Both the position numbers and the translations under genes were made by a program. The notes beneath the pieces are model-generated. The model worked only from the letters and a program-made list of their open reading frames with translations. It made no database searches and was not told where the DNA came from. From Deltaproteobacteria bacterium TL4 (GTDB lineage Bacteria > SAR324 > NAC60-12): 24,842 nucleotides of DNA. How positions within the stretch are numbered: position 1 is the first letter of the stretch; every line of letters starts with the position of its first letter. Where the stretch lies: NCBI GenBank assembly GCA_051382335.1, contig JBBCAX010000173.1, positions 1-24,842 on the forward strand. The letters are read 5' to 3'. Shown here one piece after another: positions 17,492 to 24,842 of the stretch.

Positions 17492-19645
17492 TTAAGCTGC
17501 CGCAACAGTTTGAGCAATTTTCGTGTAAACCACATTCGCTTCTTCAACAAACAATGTCGCTTGTTCTACATGGTAGCGAATTTCATTCTGACTCAACTGT
17601 TCATAAATACTGGTTTGTGCGGATTCCAGATAACCGAAACATTTCACAGAGAAAATCCCGGGATCTACAAATTTTTCCTTAAACACCTGGACCGAATGAT
17701 AGTCCCCAAATTCTTCATACCCTTGAGTCAGCAATAAAGCTTTGACCGACTTGTTGATCGAAGATATGGATAATTCAAAAGCCTCTGGCAAACGTCCCTC
17801 ACCCAGCAACAAAACCGACTGTGCGTTTTGACGATCACACTCGTCCAAAATAAATTCGGTTCGAGGAACTAATTCTCCGGCACACTCACCTTGCCCGGTT
17901 TCCACTTTGTACGTTTTGGGACTGCGGGAATCAGAATAAAACTCGGGATGATCTTCATACGAGGGCAGGGCCATAAGATCCTCGAGCTCATCTTTGATTC
18001 TTTTTTTGCCAACACGCTCCACAAAATCTGAAAACACTTCCCTGCCCTGATTTTCATTCAGGTAAAATTGCTCAATCCGCTGTAAAGCCTCAGGTACATT
18101 GTGAGGAGAGATTTTACCGATGGCCAAACCATAGGATTGCGCGTTACCTTGTGTTGCTCCGCCCAAAACCAATTGAAACACAGGGGCCATTTTCCCTTGT
18201 TTGGACTGAGCGGAACCGAAAAAGCCAATATCAGCGATGTGATGCTGTCCACAAGAGTTGGGACAACCACTGATCTTGATTTTCATATCCTGACGATCAC
18301 CCAGATCCACCAAATCACTCCTCAGGCGCTCATTCAACACTGCGGCCAAACCTCGAGACGAGGCAATTCCAAGTTTACAGGAATCGGAACCGGGACATGC
18401 CGTAACATCCGCAAGGGTATTCGCCCGCTCATGCAGATGCAAGGTTTTGAGGGCTTTGTAAAGCTCGGGTAAATCCCCATCAGAAACCCATCGCAAAACC
18501 AGATTTTGTTCAATACTCAAACGAATTGAATCCTTGAGGTAACGCCTCGCAAAAGTAACCAGTTTTCTTAAATTCGAAGCGGAAATATCGCCCAAAGGTA
18601 AGAAAATATGAACAAGGGAGTAGCCTTTTTCTTTTTGATTTTCAACGTTGGTTTGATACCATCGTTGAAAGTCTGTGTCTTGGGCGGAAAGATTCAGAGC
18701 CGAAGGTTGCTTCAACGGGACTTCAGAATAGTGACTATACTTGGCTATGAGTGCCTCACGGAAGGGATCTTCCTGGGGAATTTTTTCGATTTCGGCTTCA
18801 AGTTGACGTCGGATTTCATCAATTCCAAACTTATCCACAACGAATTTGAACCGAGCTTTGTTTCTATTTTTACGTTCTCCATGCCGAATGAAAATTCTTG
18901 AAATTGCTTGAGCCAATGTGAAAATATCGGTTGTTGAAATAAACTCATACAGGAGACGGGCTTGCCGGGGAACAGCGCCAAGTCCTCCACCAATATAGAC
19001 TTGAAAGCCTTGTTCTTGATTTCCGTTCACTTCTCGTGTTATCGCGATTAAGCCAAGATCATGAATTTTAGCCACACCGCACATTTCCCCGCTACATCCC
19101 GAGTAGGCGATTTTGAATTTCCGTCCAAAGTCTTGCGCTTCTGGATGCCCCAGTAAGAAGTCCGCCATTGCCAAAGCGTGAGGTGTCGTGTCAAAGGCTT
19201 CTGTGGCACAGGCTCCTGATTTCGTACACGCACAGACATTGCGGACAACGTTTCCACAGGCTTCAATCGTTGTAATGCCATGATCCGCCAAGCGCCACAT
19301 CAATTCAGGCGTGTTGTTGATATGGACATTATGGTACTGAAAATCCTGCCGTGTGGTTACGTGACAAACACCATCCGCAAGTTCTTCAGACAAGTCCGCC
19401 AGGAGTTCTAATTGACGAAAGGAAGTCATACCCAGCGGGAGTTTGATGCGTATCATTTGTACGCCGTTTTGACGTTGACCGTAAACGCCATGACGTAGGC
19501 GAAATTCTGTAAAAACGGGGTTGGAAACTTCACCAGCCAACCATCGTTTAAATTCGGTTTCATACAGTTCAATGGTCTGGGTCAAATGATGCCCCAGTGC
19601 TACATTCTGCCATTCTTTGGAGGGATCTTCTGTTTCTAGCGCCAT
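17492..19645 (-). CDS. Siroheme/[4Fe-4S] sulfite or nitrite reductase (ferredoxin-type, probably assimilatory sulfite reductase) with a C-terminal helical extension
   Basis: FRLRHGVYGQRQ, MIRIKLPLG, HVTTRQDFQYH, EACGNVVRN, RKFKIAYSGC, RNKARFKF, CPGSDSCKLG, SGCPNSCGQH. ATG 19645 has GGAAGG upstream. Confidence 0.9.
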   Translation of the reverse strand: MALETEDPSKEWQNVALGHHLTQTIELYETEFKRWLAGEVSNPVFTEFRLRHGVYGQRQNGVQMIRIKLPLGMTSFRQLELLADLSEELADGVCHVTTRQDFQYHNVHINNTPELMWRLADHGITTIEACGNVVRNVCACTKSGACATEAFDTTPHALAMADFLLGHPEAQDFGRKFKIAYSGCSGEMCGVAKIHDLGLIAITREVNGNQEQGFQVYIGGGLGAVPRQARLLYEFISTTDIFTLAQAISRIFIRHGERKNRNKARFKFVVDKFGIDEIRRQLEAEIEKIPQEDPFREALIAKYSHYSEVPLKQPSALNLSAQDTDFQRWYQTNVENQKEKGYSLVHIFLPLGDISASNLRKLVTFARRYLKDSIRLSIEQNLVLRWVSDGDLPELYKALKTLHLHERANTLADVTACPGSDSCKLGIASSRGLAAVLNERLRSDLVDLGDRQDMKIKISGCPNSCGQHHIADIGFFGSAQSKQGKMAPVFQLVLGGATQGNAQSYGLAIGKISPHNVPEALQRIEQFYLNENQGREVFSDFVERVGKKRIKDELEDLMALPSYEDHPEFYSDSRSPKTYKVETGQGECAGELVPRTEFILDECDRQNAQSVLLLGEGRLPEAFELSISSINKSVKALLLTQGYEEFGDYHSVQVFKEKFVDPGIFSVKCFGYLESAQTSIYEQLSQNEIRYHVEQATLFVEEANVVYTKIAQTVAAA

Positions 19646-19789
19646 AGCTACCTTCCAGATAATACTCAATGATAGAAAAAAGGAGGGAGAGTGACAGGCA
19701 TTGGCCAACACACCATCACCCAAACAGTGGACACACATCAACAATAATTGAAATGGCCTTTGGATTTTAAACGTTCAACGTTCGCTTGA

Positions 19790-20056
19790 CTACACCGTTT
19801 TCTTATTGAGTGCTGTGTTTAATCGAGACTTATAACGGGACGCTGTGCTTTTACGTAAAATTCCTTTTGTCACACCTTTATCAATTAACCTTTGTAACGC
19901 AGGGAAACTCGCTTGCACCACACTCGCCTCACCCTTTTCCAAAGAGGTGCGAAACTTCTTCAACGCGGTTCGCAGTGCGGATTCAAGAGAATTATTTCTG
20001 AGAGTTCTTTTTTGAGTTTGACGTACTCGCTTTTCTGACGATTTATGATTGGGCAT
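19790..20056 (-). CDS. rpsT: 30S ribosomal protein S20
   Basis: MPNHKSSEKRVRQTQKRTLRN...IDKGVTKGILRKSTASRYKSRL; AGGAG RBS overlapping the yraN stop. Confidence 0.97.
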   Translation of the reverse strand: MPNHKSSEKRVRQTQKRTLRNNSLESALRTALKKFRTSLEKGEASVVQASFPALQRLIDKGVTKGILRKSTASRYKSRLNTALNKKTV

Positions 20057-20063
20057 AATACTC

Positions 20064-20420
20064 CTATAAAGCATTAATAAAATGTTCAATGACGGGTTCT
20101 TGCTGGCCATAGACTTGAACCGCAATCACATCAAATCGGGGTTGCATATGTTGTAACCTCCGGTAATTCATATAAAATAATCCCAGTTGACGCAGTTTTT
20201 TTATTTTTTTTGCGGTAATTGAGCTTGACGGATGAATAGGGTTGCTTTTACGCGTTTTGACTTCGCAAAAAACAAGGTATTCCTCTATCTGGGCAATGAT
20301 ATCCAGTTCTCCAAGTTCGCATCGAAAGTTCCGTTCAATAATCTTATAGGAGCGATCTTTCAAAAAACGATATGCCAGTTCTTCCCCAATGATACCAAGG
20401 GCTTGACTCTTTTTTGACAT
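20064..20420 (-). CDS. yraN: YraN family (UPF0102) putative endonuclease
   Basis: LGIIGEELA, IIERNFRCELGELDIIA, LVFCEVKTR, RFDVIAV, IEHFINA. Confidence 0.93.
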   Translation of the reverse strand: MSKKSQALGIIGEELAYRFLKDRSYKIIERNFRCELGELDIIAQIEEYLVFCEVKTRKSNPIHPSSSITAKKIKKLRQLGLFYMNYRRLQHMQPRFDVIAVQVYGQQEPVIEHFINAL

Positions 20421-20430
20421 AGATTACCGC

Positions 20431-21093
20431 TTACCATAAGTGCAATTGTTCCGAAATCGGATGAACCTTAAAAGAACGGCGATGCCAAGGGGTCGTTCCA
20501 TACTGCGCCACTGCTTTACGATGAGACAAAGTCGGATAACCTTTATGCTGCTCAAACCCCCACTGAGGGTAAAGGCGGGCATACGCTTTCATGATACGAT
20601 CTCTCGATACTTTCGCTAAAATAGAGGCTGCCGCAATACTCATGGACCGCGAGTCGCCTCTAACAATGGCTTGCCCTGCACAGGAAGTGGGCGGAAACTG
20701 ATTCCCATCCACTAAAACGTAATCGGGCTGAACGGAAATTTCACGAATGGCCCGAGCCATGCCTCCTAATGTCGCTTGTAGAATATTCAACTCATCAATT
20801 TTAAGATGCGAAACAGCGACGATCCGATAGGCGCACGCCTCCTTGCGAATGACATCAAACAAACGTTCCCTGACGAGTTCCGAAAGTTTTTTTGAATCAT
20901 TCAAAGGATGTTTCTGATTCCATTGCGGTCCCAAAATTACGGCGGCGACAACAACAGGCCCCGCAAGGGGACCTCTTCCGGCTTCATCAAGTCCGGCAAT
21001 CCAGCGAAACCCCAAGTGTAACGCTTGATTTTCAAACTCAAGAGACGGAAGGTCTGGCTTGCATTTTTTCACGGATCCTTGTGGCTTTTCCAC
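20431..21093 (-). CDS. rnhB: Ribonuclease HII
   Basis: AGLDEAGRGPLAGPVV, LNDSKKL, VLVDGN, GDSRSMSIAAASILAKVSRD, HKGYPT. Start is GTG 21093 or GTG 21072, both inside rplS. Confidence 0.96.
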   Translation of the reverse strand: MEKPQGSVKKCKPDLPSLEFENQALHLGFRWIAGLDEAGRGPLAGPVVVAAVILGPQWNQKHPLNDSKKLSELVRERLFDVIRKEACAYRIVAVSHLKIDELNILQATLGGMARAIREISVQPDYVLVDGNQFPPTSCAGQAIVRGDSRSMSIAAASILAKVSRDRIMKAYARLYPQWGFEQHKGYPTLSHRKAVAQYGTTPWHRRSFKVHPISEQLHLW

Positions 21094-21409
21094 GTAAATC
21101 TCTTAAATAATACAATTTTGCCCGGCGTACCACACCAACCTTCATCACTTCAACACTTTCAATTCGGGGAGAGTGCATCGGAAAAGTCCGTTCCACACCA
21201 TAGCCTTGAACCACTTTTCTTACGGTGAAGGTCCCCTTGCTGTTTTTATCGCCTTGACGTTTGCGGATCACAACACCCACAAATGGCTGAATTCTTTCTT
21301 TTTCGCCTTCAATGACTCGGTACATTACTTTTACCGTTGATCCTGGCTGGATGTCCAAAGGCTCACTTCGCAACTGAGAATCTTCTACAATTTGCATTAA
21401 CACAGACAT
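21038..21409 (-). CDS. rplS: 50S ribosomal protein L19
   Basis: VIEGEKERIQPFVGVVI, TFTVRK, GVERTFPMHSP, VRRAKLYYLR; AGGAG RBS. Confidence 0.98.
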   Translation of the reverse strand: MSVLMQIVEDSQLRSEPLDIQPGSTVKVMYRVIEGEKERIQPFVGVVIRKRQGDKNSKGTFTVRKVVQGYGVERTFPMHSPRIESVEVMKVGVVRRAKLYYLRDLRGKATRIREKMQARPSVS

Positions 21410-21489
21410 GACGTTCTCCTCTTCCTTAAAAGGCTATTATTGATGACTCAAAGCTAGTAAAATATCACTTTCCAGTATGCCTGCTTTGT

Positions 21490-22203
21490 TTAAGCACACC
21501 CTTCTTTTTTTTCGCGGTTTTTCAACTCGGGGCGTCTCTTCAGCGTTCTTAAAAGAGACTGTTCTTTTCGCCAGTTCTCAATCACTTGATGATTCCCCGA
21601 CAATAAAACCTCCGGTACCGCCATTCCCTGAAAGTCCGGTGGACGCGTATAGTGGGGATATTCCAACTGGTCGTGAGCAAAGGACTCCTGCTCCAAAGAG
21701 TCCTGATTTCCAATAACTCCCGGAACCAGACGACCGATGACTTCAATCATCATCATGGCAATGACTTCACCTCCAAGACAGACGAAATCGCCGCCTGAAA
21801 CCTCCTCATCCACCTGCAGACGTACCCGCTCGTCAAAACCTTCGTATCGACCACAGATCAACATAAGAACGCGATCCAGCGCATAAAACTCTTTTGCTTT
21901 CTTTTGCGTAAAAGGACAACCCTGCGGCGTCAGTAAAATCTTATGCACCGTTTTGTTCTGTTCACGGTAATACGCTTCCCGCTGTTGAATCGTATGGTAA
22001 ATAGGTTCGATTTTCAAAACCATCCCGGGACCGCCTCCATAAGGAAGGTCATCCACCCTTTGATGTCTTCCGATCCCGTTTTGCCTGAAATTCGTCAATT
22101 CAACGCCAATATGCTGATTTCCTAACGCTTTATGAACCAGGCTCTCTGACAGAAAAGAATGAAACAATTCCGGAAACAGCGTCAAAATCTCAAACTGAAT
22201 CAA
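21490..22203 (-). CDS. trmD: tRNA (guanine37-N1)-methyltransferase
   Basis: ILTLFPELF, VDDLPYGGGPGMV, LICGRYEGFDERV, GDFVCLGGE, LEYPHYTRP, VLLSGNH; TTG start. Confidence 0.97.
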   Translation of the reverse strand: MIQFEILTLFPELFHSFLSESLVHKALGNQHIGVELTNFRQNGIGRHQRVDDLPYGGGPGMVLKIEPIYHTIQQREAYYREQNKTVHKILLTPQGCPFTQKKAKEFYALDRVLMLICGRYEGFDERVRLQVDEEVSGGDFVCLGGEVIAMMMIEVIGRLVPGVIGNQDSLEQESFAHDQLEYPHYTRPPDFQGMAVPEVLLSGNHQVIENWRKEQSLLRTLKRRPELKNREKKEGCA

Positions 22204-22217
22204 TATGAATCATCCGG

Positions 22218-22760
22218 TTAGGATTGGTCTTCGTCTATTAACCCCTCAAGAGGATCAATACGAAGAAGTTTCCGAGCAACATCGACCTCTTTCAACACGG
22301 AAGCAATCGCGGGCAGTAAAAACTCCTTGTTTTCTTTCTGAACCACATAAACGCTATTCGCGCCTGTCTCAAAAATATCAACAACCTCTCCTAAAAATTT
22401 ACCTTGAAGGTTTTCAACCTGACATCCGACAATCTGGTGCAAAAAGAACTCCCCTTCGGCTAAAGGCCTCAATTGAGCGTCTTGCAAATAAAGATGACTT
22501 CCCCGATAGAGCTCGGCTTCTGTTCTGGAGGAAAGATTTTCAAACTGAATCAACCAATGACGTTTATGAAACCGTATACTCGAAACCGTATGCGGGCTCA
22601 AAGCCTCGGGGTAATCCAGAAAGAAAGTCGTGATATCCAGGTAATAATTCGGTGTATCGGTCAGGGGAAATACTTTCAACTCTCCCTTGAGTCCATGCAC
22701 TCCGACTACCATTCCTAATCTGGTAAAGTTCTCAAACAGTTCTGTTTTTTGTGAGTGCAT
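22218..22760 (-). CDS. rimM: 16S rRNA processing protein RimM
   Basis: LGMVVGVHGLKGELKV, GEFFLHQIVG, ETGANSVYVV, FLLPAI; ATG 22760 with AAGGTG RBS; canonical position between rpsP and trmD. Confidence 0.95.
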   Translation of the reverse strand: MHSQKTELFENFTRLGMVVGVHGLKGELKVFPLTDTPNYYLDITTFFLDYPEALSPHTVSSIRFHKRHWLIQFENLSSRTEAELYRGSHLYLQDAQLRPLAEGEFFLHQIVGCQVENLQGKFLGEVVDIFETGANSVYVVQKENKEFLLPAIASVLKEVDVARKLLRIDPLEGLIDEDQS

Positions 22761-22773
22761 GTCACCTTTTACA

Positions 22774-23013
22774 TTAAGCAATATTGAGGTCTTTCATCAA
22801 TTTTGCAACACGTTCGGTTGGTTTTGCGCCGACAGACATCCAGTATTTTGCCCGTTCCTCATCAATAGCAAAACGATTTTCCTGAACCATGGGGTTGTAA
22901 AAGCCGATACGTTCAATATATTGCCCATCTCGTTTATCACGAACATCCGCAACAACGACTCGGTAATAAGGTTTTTTCTTAGCTCCTCCGCGAGCCAAAC
23001 GAATTTTTACCAC
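22774..23013 (-). CDS. rpsP: 30S ribosomal protein S16
   Basis: [23 protein letters not shown]...[14 protein letters not shown]...[11 protein letters not shown] start with GGAG. Confidence 0.98.
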   Translation of the reverse strand: MVKIRLARGGAKKKPYYRVVVADVRDKRDGQYIERIGFYNPMVQENRFAIDEERAKYWMSVGAKPTERVAKLMKDLNIA

Positions 23014-23078
23014 TGTTGAATCTCCAAAATTAAGTTAATTATGATTGAAGCTTTTTTAGAGCTTCCTACGTCCCCGTC

Positions 23079-24419
23079 CTAATGAGGCATTAAATTCTGC
23101 ATCATCTGCATGGCTTTACGTGGATTATTAATTTTCGACAGTTTGTTCATCATTTTTTTCATTTGAACAAACTGCTTCAAAAGGCGGTTGATTTCTCGGA
23201 CAGAGGTTCCACTCCCTTTTGCAATTCTAATCCGGCGCGAACCATTCAAAATGTTATGATTCCGACGTTCTTCAGGCGTCATCGAAGAAATGATGGCATC
23301 GATATGCGTCAATTGTTTTTCATCAACGTTCGCGTTTTTCATCATATTGGAATCGACCCCAGGAATCATTCCCATCAAATCCTTCATGGATCCCATTTTA
23401 CGCATTGCCCGAAGCTGATTCCGAAAGTCCTCCAGATTGAATTCATTCTTTCGAAATTTGTCCTGCATTTCCAAAGCTTCCCTTTCAGAGAAGCTGCTTT
23501 GCGCTTTTTCTATCAGAGAAACCAAATCCCCCATCCCCAAAATCCGGGAAGCGATCCGCTCCGGATAAAAAGGTTCCAGGTTTTCAAGTTTCTCTCCCAT
23601 CGCGATGAATTTGATGGGCTTTTGGGTAATGGCCCGAATAGACAAGGCGGCACCACCCCGAGCATCTCCATCCATTTTTGTCAGGACAATACCACTAATG
23701 TCCAAACGATCATTAAAGGCTTTGGCCATGTTCACCGCATCCTGACCTGTCATCGCGTCTGCGACAAACAGAATTTCATGCGGATTCACGGCGGACTTGA
23801 TTCGATCCAGTTCACCCATCAGGTTGTCGTCGATATGCAGTCGCCCGGCGGTATCCACGAAAACATAATCTGAGGAGTGCTCCTCGGAGGCCTTCAAACC
23901 AGCCCGCACGATATCCACAGGATCCATGGACGTCGTTGACGGAAAAACCGGCACCCCCAAAGTGTTGCCAAGAACGGTCAATTGCTCAATCGCCGCAGGC
24001 CGGTAAACATCCGCGGGAATCAAATAAGGACGTCGACCCGCATCTTTGTAGCGTTTTGCCAATTTCCCGATGGTTGAGGTTTTCCCTGAACCTTGTAAGC
24101 CCACCAGCATGACAATCGTTGGTGCGGTTTCCGCTTTGGAGAGTTCAACATTTTCTTCCCCCATCATTGAGGTCAACTCATCATTCACAATCTTGATGAA
24201 TTGCTGACCTGGAGTCAAACTGCCTTGGACTTCTTCACCTAAAGCCCTGGCCTTGACTGATTTTAAAAAAGCTTTGACAACCCGGAAATTGACGTCTGCT
24301 TCCAGTAAAGCCATTTTAACTTCATTCAAAGAAGTATTAATGCTTTCCTCTGTTAAACGCCCATGTCCTTTGACTCGCTTGAACGTTTGCGAAAATTTTG
24401 CTGAAAGATTATCGAACAT
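23079..24419 (-). CDS. ffh: Signal recognition particle protein Ffh
   Basis: MFDNLS, ALLEADVN, GLQGSGKT, DTAGR, TKMDGDARGG, RILGMGD, SRRIRIAKGSG, Met-rich M domain; start set at the conserved MF. Confidence 0.98.
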   Translation of the reverse strand: MFDNLSAKFSQTFKRVKGHGRLTEESINTSLNEVKMALLEADVNFRVVKAFLKSVKARALGEEVQGSLTPGQQFIKIVNDELTSMMGEENVELSKAETAPTIVMLVGLQGSGKTSTIGKLAKRYKDAGRRPYLIPADVYRPAAIEQLTVLGNTLGVPVFPSTTSMDPVDIVRAGLKASEEHSSDYVFVDTAGRLHIDDNLMGELDRIKSAVNPHEILFVADAMTGQDAVNMAKAFNDRLDISGIVLTKMDGDARGGAALSIRAITQKPIKFIAMGEKLENLEPFYPERIASRILGMGDLVSLIEKAQSSFSEREALEMQDKFRKNEFNLEDFRNQLRAMRKMGSMKDLMGMIPGVDSNMMKNANVDEKQLTHIDAIISSMTPEERRNHNILNGSRRIRIAKGSGTSVREINRLLKQFVQMKKMMNKLSKINNPRKAMQMMQNLMPH

Positions 24420-24463
24420 TTTTGTTTTTCCTGTCAAGGGATCACGATATAAAAATCGGACAT

Positions 24464-24491
24464 TTTCTATTGATTTTTCCAGATCTGTCAA
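24464..24491 (-). promoter_or_regulatory. Candidate sigma70 promoter for the ffh operon
   Basis: Perfect TTGACA (24491-24486), 16-nt spacer, TAGAAA (24469-24464); the -10 match is imperfect. Confidence 0.35.
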
Positions 24492-24555
24492 GCTAATTCG
24501 AGTTTAACTACGTTGGTATTCTCCTCACCTTTGAAAGATTTTTAACCATTTTTTT

Positions 24556-24740
24556 TTAAAATTTAGCGTTTTTTGTGGATTTATAGGTCAAAAAACCGGA
24601 TTCCATCTCTATATTTTCAGGAGGCTTCCGACTGAAAATAAACAGGATACCAAAATTCATGTTGAGGCGGGTGAGGTATTCGGTGAGTTGCTGTTTTCCT
24701 TCTTCCAGCGTTTTTTTCTATTGAGTTTCAATTTGGGTGG
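24556..24740 (-). pseudogene. Possible frameshifted remnant of a C-terminal PD-(D/E)XK nuclease-like domain
   Basis: Minus-strand frame 24717-24556 reads KKTLEEGKQQLTEYLTRLNMNFGILFIFSRK..., preceded in another frame by KLKLNRKK. This resembles the ELK...EG.xQLxxYLxxLG...GxLxxF pattern. Confidence 0.4.
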
Positions 24741-24842
24741 GCGCATTCCCATTTTCCGGGTCATGCGTTTTCGATCCGAGGATCCTTTACTGATGACATA
24801 GTTTCCAAATGTTGATATCTTCCCTCCAGGAATTAATTGGAT

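Noticed and set aside
22205..23019. Plus-strand ORFs of 142, 81 and 110 aa
   Set aside because: Antisense to rimM and rpsP.
23163..23873. 236-aa plus-strand ORF
   Set aside because: Entirely antisense to ffh, with no recognisable motifs; typical shadow ORF of a conserved gene.
1..24842. CRISPR array, tRNA, rRNA, integrase or T6SS structural genes
   Set aside because: No regularly spaced repeats, cloverleaf or rRNA-like sequence, and no recognisable tss/hcp/vgrG or recombinase ORF was seen.

Overview
Bacterial genomic window with two parts. The right half (about 14.5-24.8 kb, minus strand) is mostly housekeeping: ffh-rpsP-rimM-trmD-rplS-rnhB-yraN-rpsT, followed by a siroheme sulfite/nitrite reductase, a conserved hypothetical protein, an FKBP-type PPIase, an NTAQ1/WDYHV-type N-terminal glutamine amidase and a ferredoxin-nitroreductase. 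The left half holds the most interesting locus, a five-gene plus-strand cluster (2804-14248). It encodes a large lipoprotein ending in a degenerate vWA-like domain, an exported vWA protein resembling a kinase-less PpkA ectodomain / TssR-like protein, a paralog of that protein with the vWA region cleanly missing, a fused TagT/TagS-like (MacB-type) ABC ATPase-permease, and a TerB-domain protein. No T6SS structural genes, kinase, phosphatase or FHA protein are present in the window. A soluble class III adenylate cyclase (GAF-like/cyclase/HEAT) and a PilZ gene are transcribed divergently from the cluster. A 154-bp MITE with 22-bp terminal inverted repeats, an 8-bp target duplication and an internal GTAG-type REP doublet sits between the last two cluster genes. 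All family assignments come from motif recognition by eye; no database search was run.
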